A DNA stretch of 64,000 bases. Origin: an uncultured Mycoplasmatota bacterium (lineage in GTDB: Bacteria; Bacillota_I; Bacilli_A; RF39; UBA660). Numbering within the stretch: position 1 is the first letter of the stretch; the number at the start of each line of letters is the position of its first letter. Under the pieces are notes generated by a model that saw nothing but the letters and a program-made list of their open reading frames with translations, was not told where the DNA came from and made no database searches. Both the position numbers and the translations under genes were made by a program. The stretch lies in assembly GCA_946497925.1 (NCBI GenBank), contig CAMMMG010000002.1, positions 398-64,397 of the forward strand, read 5' to 3'. This document shows positions 36,686 to 44,881 of this stretch, one piece after another.

Positions 36686-38662
36686 TTATATACTATTTAC
36701 ATTTTTATTTCTCATACTACTATAACATCTCATATTTTTAAGAATTTCATCTCTTTGTTTTACCAAGTCATAATATATTTTTGTTTGTTCTGTTTCTTGA
36801 TTAGAATTTAAAGAAGATACTAGGTTATAGAACTTCATTCCTCCAAAATGTTCATTAAATATTGCAAATAAAGAATTAAGATCATCAAAATTGTCTTTAC
36901 CTACTTCGTTAAGTATTATTTGAATATTTCCATTTCTTCTACTTTTTATAATGGCATCTTTAAATTCATGGTAAAAATCTTTTGCTAAAAAAGAAGAACT
37001 ATCATAACTAGTTGAATTGTAAATTTTATGCTCATGAGGATTACCAAAAACATAATTTCCTTTTTGGTACATTTTTCTACAAATATCTTTAGCAATTAAT
37101 TCATTAATGATTTCACTATATAATTCATATTCTCTTTTACTATTATCAACGTTTAAAGTATCTATTGGTTCTATTTTGTCTTGATTAATCTTTCCAGTAA
37201 AATAGTCCCATCCGCATATTATAGAATAATCATTTCCATCAACATATTCTAAAAACAATTCATATAAATGATTTAATTCATGAATTATTTTTTGATCCAT
37301 TAAATCCATATCATATAAGTTAAAATTTACTATTACAAGTGAATACAAACTGTAGTAATTATTTTTTAAAATAACATTAGGATTAACACAAGCACCACTT
37401 GTTTCATATAATTTAGCATTGAAACAATCTTCTTTATCTAATAAAATGAGTGAATTAATCATTTCTCTAATTTCTTTATTTGTACTAATACTATTAAAAT
37501 ATTCAATATTAAAATCATTTATAAGTGTATCCCGAATTTCAAAAAAACGTTTAACTCTCTGTTCATCAGGCCATATTTTTTTCACCTCAGGATTATCTAT
37601 ATAATCTTCATAACTACCAGATAAGTTTATTCCATTCATATTAAAATATTTTATTCTTGCTTTTTTTGTTTCTTCAACACTCCAAGAATTAGTATCACCT
37701 TTTTCTAATTCTTTGGTTTTTTCTTCTTTAAAACAGTCTAGGCCACAACTTCCAATTAGAGAAAAGCCAAATAAGAATTTAATATATGGGTCTAGATTAT
37801 ATTCTTTGGTGCTATCAGTAAAAAATTCTTCCAAACCTGTTCTTTTATCTAGAGGAATTAAATCAATGTTCTCTTTAATAAGCATTTGATAATACTTATT
37901 CATTAAAACATTATTTAGGTTATTTGTTTTTTCAATATATTCATAATATTTTGAAAATTTTTCCATATAAGAAGTATATTCTTCTTTTTTTATCAAATAT
38001 ATTTCTAATAACTCTTTTAATTGTTGAAATTTTGTATCTTTTAACTTTTCTTCAAAGTTGCTCTCATCAATACTCGAATCTATTTTTTGTAGTAATTCTT
38101 TTGTTTTATTAAATTTTTCTAAATATTCTTTTTGACAATTTGAACTATCAAAATAGTATTCTATTTTATTTTTTATCCAAGCAGGTAGATTTTGATATTT
38201 TAATGGTATAGTTTTACTATCACATATACTAATAAATTCTTCTGAAGTTAGAGATGGCAAATACATCTTTATTAAATTATAGCCATTATCTATAAATATT
38301 TTTAGACGTTGTTCTTCTGTTAACTTATATAAATCATAAAATTCTCTATACTTATGAATAGGCATAAGAGTTTCATATTTAAATGAATAGTTTTGGAATA
38401 AATCTTCCTTTGTTAAATTTGTTTTATTTTCTAATAGAATTTTAGTGATTAATTCATTAGATGTATTATCTTCTATTTTATTTAGAGTTAAAAAAATTTG
38501 ATCAGGAGTTTGATAGCCAATATACATTGCATTTTTAAATGCTTCTTCTATTTCTGATTTTTTTTCTTCTCCATAAAAATCAACAAAAGCTTCTATATAA
38601 GTAGATAATCCTTTATTTAACTCTTCTTGACAATTTAATAATTTTAATAATCTCTCATTCAT
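36686..38662 (-). CDS. Hypothetical 658-aa cytoplasmic protein with HExxH...E (gluzincin-like) motif
   Basis: IIHELNHLYE, then YSEIINELIA ~40 aa later. No signal peptide or TM helix, and no other family was recognised. Confidence 0.4.
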   Translation of the reverse strand: MNERLLKLLNCQEELNKGLSTYIEAFVDFYGEEKKSEIEEAFKNAMYIGYQTPDQIFLTLNKIEDNTSNELITKILLENKTNLTKEDLFQNYSFKYETLMPIHKYREFYDLYKLTEEQRLKIFIDNGYNLIKMYLPSLTSEEFISICDSKTIPLKYQNLPAWIKNKIEYYFDSSNCQKEYLEKFNKTKELLQKIDSSIDESNFEEKLKDTKFQQLKELLEIYLIKKEEYTSYMEKFSKYYEYIEKTNNLNNVLMNKYYQMLIKENIDLIPLDKRTGLEEFFTDSTKEYNLDPYIKFLFGFSLIGSCGLDCFKEEKTKELEKGDTNSWSVEETKKARIKYFNMNGINLSGSYEDYIDNPEVKKIWPDEQRVKRFFEIRDTLINDFNIEYFNSISTNKEIREMINSLILLDKEDCFNAKLYETSGACVNPNVILKNNYYSLYSLVIVNFNLYDMDLMDQKIIHELNHLYELFLEYVDGNDYSIICGWDYFTGKINQDKIEPIDTLNVDNSKREYELYSEIINELIAKDICRKMYQKGNYVFGNPHEHKIYNSTSYDSSSFLAKDFYHEFKDAIIKSRRNGNIQIILNEVGKDNFDDLNSLFAIFNEHFGGMKFYNLVSSLNSNQETEQTKIYYDLVKQRDEILKNMRCYSSMRNKNVNSI

Positions 38663-38964
38663 TTTAACCTCTCTAATAAATTTATTAAATCTTTATAATT
38701 ATTAGGATATATTCCTTTACCATGATATCTATCCTTATGATTTTTATTAGTTACTATTATTTCAAATTCTTCTATATCTATGGCATTTATAGACCCATAT
38801 TCTTTTTTAAAAGTATATAGTATCTTTTTTAATTCTTCTAGAAATGTATTATCTACTTTATAAGTATTATTATTCATATAGCATTTTTTATTATTATAAT
38901 CAATAAGGGCATTTATTCTATTGTAACTACCACTATTAATATTTATTTCAATTTCATCTATCAT
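38659..38964 (-). CDS. Hypothetical 101-aa protein, translationally coupled (ATGA overlap) to the 658-aa gene
   Basis: There is a 4-nt overlap with the downstream gene. No family was recognised. Confidence 0.4.
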   Translation of the reverse strand: MIDEIEININSGSYNRINALIDYNNKKCYMNNNTYKVDNTFLEELKKILYTFKKEYGSINAIDIEEFEIIVTNKNHKDRYHGKGIYPNNYKDLINLLERLK

Positions 38965-39034
38965 CTATATCACCGATTATAATATAGCAAATATATTGTC
39001 AATTCTCAATATAATATTAAAAGAATAGATAATT

Positions 39035-39050
39035 ATCTATTCTGCAACAC
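39035..39050. repeat. 16-nt direct repeat, right copy (atctattctgcaacac)
   Basis: See 36641-36656. Here it covers the ...SVAE* codons of the ABC gene and the 5' arm of its hairpin AGAATAGATAATTATCTATTCT. Confidence 0.8.
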
Positions 39051-40848
39051 TTTCAAATTGTGAATTGTATAGTTCTGCATAGAAACCATTTTTCTTAAGT
39101 AATTCATCATGTGTTCCTTGTTCTACTATATCTCCATCTTTCATTACTAATATCAAATTAGCATTTTTAATAGTAGAAAGTCTATGAGCGATAACAAAAC
39201 TTGTTCTTCCTTCCATTAAATTATCCATCGCTTCTTGAATTAATTGTTCCATTCTAGTATCTACACTACTAGTCGCTTCATCCAAAATCAATATTTTTGG
39301 ATCTTTAAGAATAACTCTTGCAATTGTTAGTAATTGTTTTTGACCAGCAGAAACATTATCACTTTCTTCATTTAGAATCATATCATAGCCTTCTGGCATT
39401 GTTCTAATAAAATGATCAACGTGAGATGCTATCGCTGCATCATATACGGCTTCATCGTTAGCATTCAAATTACCATAACGGATATTTTCTTTGATAGTAT
39501 CACTATAAAGCCAAGTGTCTTGTAAAACCATACCAAAAAGACTTCTTAAATCATCACGTTTCATATCTTTTATATCAACTCCATCTATTTTAATAGAACC
39601 AGAGTTAACATCATAGAATCTCATTAATAGTTTTACAATAGTTGTCTTACCTGCACCAGTTGGTCCAACGATAGCAATCTTTTGGCCCTTATGCATTGTT
39701 GCATTAAAGTCGTTGATAATAATTTTATTTTTATTATAACCAAACTTAACATCTTCAAAAGTAACTGTATTACCAAGTTTTTCTAAGTCATATGTTACTT
39801 TCTTAACTTCAGGAACTTCTTCTTCCTCTTCTAAGAATTCAAAGACTCTTTCAGCTGAAGCTACCATTGATTGAATCATATTACCAATTTGGGCAATTTG
39901 AGAAAGTGGGTTCATAAAGTTTCTGATATACTGTGTAAATGATAAGATATCACCTACTTCTATTTTATTCTTTATAACTAAATATCCTCCTAAAATAGAT
40001 ATTAATACATAACCAATATTACCAATAAAGTTCATAATTGGATGCATCATACCAGAGAAGAATTGAGCTCTCCATGCTGAATTATATAACTTTTCATTAG
40101 TTTTATTAAAGTCTTCTATTGTTTTTTCTTCTCCGTTAAATAATTTAATAACAGTATGACCAGAATAAGCTTCTTCTATAGTACCATTTATATCACCTAA
40201 ATACTTTTGTTGATTTAAAAAGTATTTTTGAGAGTGTTTCATAATAAAACTCATCATGAATAAAGCGATAGGTACTATTACTAGTGTTACTAAAGTCATT
40301 AGAGGACTTATTGTTAACATCATTATAACTACACCAATTAAAGTTGTAATAGAAGTTAACAGATGTGATATTGATTGATCTAAGCTCTGTGATAAGGTAT
40401 CAACATCATTAGTAACTCTTGATAATATTTCTCCTGTTGTTTTACTTTCAAAATAAGAAAGTGGTAATTTATGCATTTTATGAGATATTTGTTCCCTTAA
40501 ATTAAAGGTAACTTTTTGGTTTACACCACTCATAATAAAAGCTTGTAGGTAAGAGAAAATTGCACTGACTATATATAGAGATAGTAAAGTTAAAAGAATA
40601 GTTCCTACTTTAGAAAAATCAATTCCATTAGTAGTTCCCATTACTTTACCTAATAGTCCATTAAATATTTCAGTTGTTGCTTCTCCTGATATTTTAGGTC
40701 CAATTATTGAGAAAACAGCACTACTAATAGCAAAGATAACAACAAATGCTAAACTTATTTTATATGTACCTAAATACTTAAGTAATTTCTTTAAAGTTCC
40801 TTTAAAGTCTTTAGCTTTACTTACTGCTCCCATTCCTCCTCTAGGCAT
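39037..40848 (-). CDS. ABC exporter half-transporter (TMD-NBD), heterodimer partner
   Basis: It has 6 TM helices, Walker A GPTGAGKTT, signature VSAGQKQLL and Walker B ILILDEATS. Confidence 0.9.
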   Translation of the reverse strand: MPRGGMGAVSKAKDFKGTLKKLLKYLGTYKISLAFVVIFAISSAVFSIIGPKISGEATTEIFNGLLGKVMGTTNGIDFSKVGTILLTLLSLYIVSAIFSYLQAFIMSGVNQKVTFNLREQISHKMHKLPLSYFESKTTGEILSRVTNDVDTLSQSLDQSISHLLTSITTLIGVVIMMLTISPLMTLVTLVIVPIALFMMSFIMKHSQKYFLNQQKYLGDINGTIEEAYSGHTVIKLFNGEEKTIEDFNKTNEKLYNSAWRAQFFSGMMHPIMNFIGNIGYVLISILGGYLVIKNKIEVGDILSFTQYIRNFMNPLSQIAQIGNMIQSMVASAERVFEFLEEEEEVPEVKKVTYDLEKLGNTVTFEDVKFGYNKNKIIINDFNATMHKGQKIAIVGPTGAGKTTIVKLLMRFYDVNSGSIKIDGVDIKDMKRDDLRSLFGMVLQDTWLYSDTIKENIRYGNLNANDEAVYDAAIASHVDHFIRTMPEGYDMILNEESDNVSAGQKQLLTIARVILKDPKILILDEATSSVDTRMEQLIQEAMDNLMEGRTSFVIAHRLSTIKNANLILVMKDGDIVEQGTHDELLKKNGFYAELYNSQFESVAE

Positions 40849-43048
40849 TTTCTAACTCCTCCTTTGAAAGTTGACTCTCAGCAATCTCACGATAAACTGA
40901 ACAACTCTTGATTAAGTCGTGATGAGTTCCAATACCAACTACTTTACCTTCATCAAGTACAACTATTTGATCTGCTTTTAGTATGGTATTAATACGTTGA
41001 GCGACGATAAAGATAGTTGAGTTTTTAGCATATTCATATAAAGCTTTACGAAGTTCAAAATCAGTCTTAAAGTCAAGGGCAGAGAAGCTATCATCGAATA
41101 TGTAAATTTCTGGATCTTTAGCGATTGCTCTTGCAATAGATAGTCTTTGTTTTTGCCCTCCTGATACATTAGTACCTCCTTGACTAATACGACTTTTATA
41201 TCCATCTTTTTTAGCTAAGATAAACTCTTCTGCTTGGGCAATACGTGCTGCTTCTATCATCTTCTCATCAGACATATCTTCATCACTATATTTAATATTA
41301 GATTCTATTGTTCCAGAGAATAATACTCCTTTTTGAGGAACATAACCGATTCTTTCATGTAAAGCTTTCTGTGTTACATCTTTAACATTAATACCATCAA
41401 CTAATATTTCTCCTTTAGTAACATCATAAAGTCTTGGTATTAAGTTAATAAGGGTACTTTTACCACTACCAGTAGAACCAATAAAGGCAGTTGTTGTTCC
41501 AGGTTTTGCTGTAAATGTTACATCGGTAATAACATCTTCATCACTATCAGGATATCTAAAACTAACATTTTTGAACTCTACTAAACCTTTAATTCTCTTA
41601 CTGTATGTTTTAGGTTTTTTAGGATCTTTAATAGATTCATCTGTTTCTAATACTTCCATAATACGGTTAGCAGAAACATTAGCACGTGGTAACATAATAG
41701 AAAACATTGATATCATTAAGAATGCCATAATTATTTGCATTGAGTATTGAATAAATGCTAACATATCTCCAACTTGTAATAAGCCTTCATCAATTTTATG
41801 AGCACTAGTCCAAATAATTAGAACTACAATACCATTCATAATAAACATCATACCTGGTAACATGAAGTTCATTACTCTATTAACAAATAGGTTTGTTTTC
41901 TTTAAGTTAGTATTCGCAACGCTGAATCTTTCTTCTTCATATTTTTGATTAGAGAAAGCTCTAATTACTGGAATACCTGTAATAATTTCTCTTGTTACTT
42001 GGTTTAGTTTATCTATTAGTTTTTGTACTTTCTTAAATTTAGGCATAGTAAGGGCAAATAAAGTAAATATTAATGTTAAAACACAAACTATTCCTAACCA
42101 AATAATATAAGTCATTGATGGTGCTGTCTCAAGTACTTTACCAACGGCACCGATTGCAACTATTGGAGCATAGATAAATAGTCTTAGAGTCATAATAATC
42201 ATCATTTGTACTTGTTGAATATCATTAGTACTTCTAGTAATTAATGATGATATACCTATTTCTTTATACTCTGCTGTACCAAAGTTTAAGACTTTCTTAA
42301 ATTCTTTCTTTCTAACACGTTTAGATAAACCTGAACCAACTCTTGCTCCTAATAGTACTGTTAGTATTGTTGCAGTTACACTTATTAGAGATAGTCCTAA
42401 CATCTTAAGTCCTGTAATTATAATATAGTTAGTTTGAATAGCATCAGTATTAAGTCCTACTTCAATATATTCTTGCTTAATCGCTGCAACAGCACTTTGA
42501 CTTATAATGCTATCTGGCATTGCAGAAAACTGCTCATTAATAGATTTTCTCATTTCATTAAGTTCATTACTAGGTAACATTTTAATGATATCTATTATAG
42601 CCATATCTTGCATAGACTCTGGCATATCTTTCTTAATCTCATTTTGAATGTTAACTGCTTCCTTCTCTTTACTAGTTAACATGTAATCTACAAGAATAGC
42701 TTTCTCTAAGTCACTATTAGATTTTTCTTCATCTTTAATGACATAAACTGGCTCTTCACTTAAGATATCATAGTCATGTTCATCACTTTTTTCAGTAACC
42801 AACTCATAATTAGATAAAATCTCTTCTTTTTCTTTATCACTTACAAAAAGTAAAATCTCATCTAATTTAGATTTTCTAACTACTTCAGGATTAACTTCTT
42901 CTATACCACCTTGTTGCACTCCTACATTAATAATATTAGAAGTGTACTCTGGTATAGTTAAATCACAGTTCGCTTGAACTATTAGTAGTAAAATAATTAG
43001 AATAACTGATAAAATATTATCTTTTAAATATCTAAATATCTTTAACAT
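40841..43048 (-). CDS. ABC exporter half-transporter (TMD-NBD) with ~170-aa insertion between TM1 and TM2
   Basis: GSTGSGKST, VSGGQKQRLS, IYIFDDSFS. A long hydrophilic segment (aa ~30-205) follows the first TM helix. Confidence 0.85.
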   Translation of the reverse strand: MLKIFRYLKDNILSVILIILLLIVQANCDLTIPEYTSNIINVGVQQGGIEEVNPEVVRKSKLDEILLFVSDKEKEEILSNYELVTEKSDEHDYDILSEEPVYVIKDEEKSNSDLEKAILVDYMLTSKEKEAVNIQNEIKKDMPESMQDMAIIDIIKMLPSNELNEMRKSINEQFSAMPDSIISQSAVAAIKQEYIEVGLNTDAIQTNYIIITGLKMLGLSLISVTATILTVLLGARVGSGLSKRVRKKEFKKVLNFGTAEYKEIGISSLITRSTNDIQQVQMMIIMTLRLFIYAPIVAIGAVGKVLETAPSMTYIIWLGIVCVLTLIFTLFALTMPKFKKVQKLIDKLNQVTREIITGIPVIRAFSNQKYEEERFSVANTNLKKTNLFVNRVMNFMLPGMMFIMNGIVVLIIWTSAHKIDEGLLQVGDMLAFIQYSMQIIMAFLMISMFSIMLPRANVSANRIMEVLETDESIKDPKKPKTYSKRIKGLVEFKNVSFRYPDSDEDVITDVTFTAKPGTTTAFIGSTGSGKSTLINLIPRLYDVTKGEILVDGINVKDVTQKALHERIGYVPQKGVLFSGTIESNIKYSDEDMSDEKMIEAARIAQAEEFILAKKDGYKSRISQGGTNVSGGQKQRLSIARAIAKDPEIYIFDDSFSALDFKTDFELRKALYEYAKNSTIFIVAQRINTILKADQIVVLDEGKVVGIGTHHDLIKSCSVYREIAESQLSKEELENA

Positions 43049-43656
43049 AAATCCTCCTTCTTAACACACCCATATTTTAAAATGTCTAATTGTTCATAAT
43101 AGTCTTTAAGTATCTCTTCATCAAGACTATCACTTTTTAACAACTTCATTAAAGTTACCATTAAAAGGTGCATATTAATGGCAAAAATTACTTCAATATG
43201 CTTTTTAGCATTATCATTAAGTAATTCTAAATTGATGTTAGGAATTAGTTCTTTAAGTAGTCTCTTGTCACGAAAACCAAAAGTTTTCTTAGACTCTTCC
43301 ATCATAGTAATATTTTCTAAAGATTTTTTTAAGAAATTAGTATTATTTTTTTTAAAGGAATTATAGATTTCTTTAATGTTATCTTGAAACATTTTAAAGA
43401 TATCTCCTTTATTTTTTATTAAATTCGTTTCCATATTATCAATCAGTACTTCTAAATACTGTTCTAGAAGATAAAAATATAAATCTTTCTTATCTTCAAA
43501 ATACATATAAAAACTTCCTCTAGAAATTGAAGCTTCTTTAATAATTCTATTAATGGATACATCATTAAAATTATTAAGAGAAAACTCTTTAAAGCTAGCA
43601 TCTATTAGTTTTTTCTTTTTTTCATCATTTAATCTTAGAAATGTATCACTAGGCAT
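43042..43656 (-). CDS. TetR/AcrR-family transcriptional regulator
   Basis: It has an N-terminal HTH, FSLNNFNDVSINRIIKEASISRGSFYMYFEDKKDLY. It overlaps the ABC gene by 7 nt. Confidence 0.85.
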   Translation of the reverse strand: MPSDTFLRLNDEKKKKLIDASFKEFSLNNFNDVSINRIIKEASISRGSFYMYFEDKKDLYFYLLEQYLEVLIDNMETNLIKNKGDIFKMFQDNIKEIYNSFKKNNTNFLKKSLENITMMEESKKTFGFRDKRLLKELIPNINLELLNDNAKKHIEVIFAINMHLLMVTLMKLLKSDSLDEEILKDYYEQLDILKYGCVKKEDLC

Positions 43657-43684
43657 AGGCTTCCCTCCTAACAGTCACTATATC

Positions 43685-43713
43685 ATTATATGTGACAAGT
43701 TGTCATATGTCAA
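43685..43713 (-). promoter_or_regulatory. Consensus promoter (TTGACA-17-TATAAT) with a 13-bp perfect palindrome in the spacer: candidate TetR operator
   Basis: The palindrome TGACAAGTTGTCA at 43693-43705 lies between the -35 (43708-43713) and the -10 (43685-43690). Confidence 0.55.
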
Positions 43714-43738
43714 CAAAAAATAAAAAAGTAAGTAAAAA

Positions 43739-44167
43739 TTACCTACTTAAACGATTTCTTCTTTTAAAAACTTTAGCACTTTTTCCTATACTATCGACTA
43801 CTCTTCTATTCATTTCATTTATTAGTGGAGAATCCAGTGCCTCTTCACCTATACTATCCAAGAATTGATGATATGAATGGGTTATTTTATATTGAGTTAG
43901 AAAAACAGCAAGATTCTCATCGGTTAAATTTCTAAGAAGAGCCTCTTTTTCTTGTCTTATTGTTCTGTAGCTTAATTGTAATATTTCATAACAAGTAGTA
44001 TCCTCAGTTGTTAAATTTGTAATGCGTGAAATAAAAGCTTTTTCATTTTCGATTGATATATCAGAAACTAACTCAACAGTTTTGACTGCTTCTATACATG
44101 GTACTGGTTCCTTATGGTCATAATAGTCATCTATTTTCTTTATTTGTTCTACTACTCTTGATTCCAT
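43739..44167 (-). CDS. Hypothetical protein, paralogue of the upstream ORF
   Basis: It shares blocks with 44186-44524: (CIEAVKTVELV / AIDYVTTLELI), (LTDENLAVFLTQYK / LTLDYLLLVISQFK) and (PLINEMNRRV / RPINEEMRKK). Confidence 0.4.
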   Translation of the reverse strand: MESRVVEQIKKIDDYYDHKEPVPCIEAVKTVELVSDISIENEKAFISRITNLTTEDTTCYEILQLSYRTIRQEKEALLRNLTDENLAVFLTQYKITHSYHQFLDSIGEEALDSPLINEMNRRVVDSIGKSAKVFKRRNRLSR

Positions 44168-44185
44168 ACTAATTCCCCCTTTTTA

Positions 44186-44524
44186 TTATTTTTTTAAATG
44201 TTTTATCTTTTTTCGCATTTCTTCATTTATAGGCCTTAGAACTTTTTTTGCTTTTCTTTCATCTGCTAAATGATTACTATACTCTTTTATATATTCATTT
44301 AAAGTTTTAAATTGACTAATGACTAATAAAAGATAATCTAAAGTTAAATCATCTAAAGCTGGTTCTATTTCTTCTAACAGTAATTTATATAGTTTATATA
44401 AGTTAGTTCTATTATCTACATGAGTAACTCCAAAGTTAGCAATATATCTTATAAGCTCTAGTGTGGTTACATAATCAATGGCACTTAAACTTTCATTTCT
44501 TTTAGTTTTATCTTCAATAAGCAT
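44186..44524 (-). CDS. Hypothetical protein (tandem paralogue); 5' end probably displaced by a frameshift
   Basis: The reading frame is open upstream to 44602 without a start codon. A strong SD (AAAGGGGGAGG) plus an ATG at 44606-44604 lies in the -1 frame and stops after 16 codons. Confidence 0.4.
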   Translation of the reverse strand: MLIEDKTKRNESLSAIDYVTTLELIRYIANFGVTHVDNRTNLYKLYKLLLEEIEPALDDLTLDYLLLVISQFKTLNEYIKEYSNHLADERKAKKVLRPINEEMRKKIKHLKK

Positions 44525-44661
44525 TATATTTTTATCTAAAGCTTCTACTTTCTCTTTAGTTATTGAACTTTGACTTAATATTTCTGCAAACTCTTTTATT
44601 ATTCATAGCCTCCCCCTTTAAATGTTCTTATATTATACACTATTTTTTAAAAAAATGCAAT

Positions 44662-44853
44662 AAAAAACGTCCAAAGAAACGTTTTGGATCTACGATAAAA
44701 CCTATACTTATGTACAGGTGGGTGTATATAGTCAGTTCTTAGGATCCCTAACCAGTGGAAAGGTCTTCAACACGAACGTGACAATCATCAATACTCCCTT
44801 ATCGTCTCTTTAGTCGGTTTTATACTGAGTCATCCGCATCAATTTCTTTAGAC
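44662..44853 (-). ncRNA. Free-standing ~190-nt structured sRNA, 6S RNA-like rod with central bubble (candidate ssrS)
   Basis: It has its own extended -10 promoter (TGATATACT, -10 at 44860-44865). An 11-bp closing stem forms between GUCUAAAGAAA (44843-44853) and UUUCUUUGGAC (44669-44679), followed by a U-run. Inner helices are AUAAAACC/GGUUUUAU and GGGAGUAU/AUACACCC, flanking a ~17+17-nt internal loop. The region is GC-richer than its flanks, and the next gene has a separate promoter (TTGCAT-17-TATAAT, 44632-44660). Confidence 0.5.
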
Positions 44854-44881
44854 ATTTATAGTATATCATATATATTTTAAA

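Noticed and set aside
38965-39036. A promoter for the two-gene cassette
   Set aside because: TTGACA and TATAAT are both present on the minus strand, but the spacer is only ~15 nt. This is too uncertain to list as a feature.
44604-44881. The GC-rich murC-downstream region as a riboswitch/T-box leader, or the 16-codon ORF at 44606 as an attenuation leader peptide
   Set aside because: There is no T-box, SAM, TPP, FMN, purine or other aptamer signature that I could recognise. The structured segment has its own promoter and a terminator that precedes a second promoter for the downstream gene. The short ORF lies after, not before, the terminator and is better explained by a frameshift.
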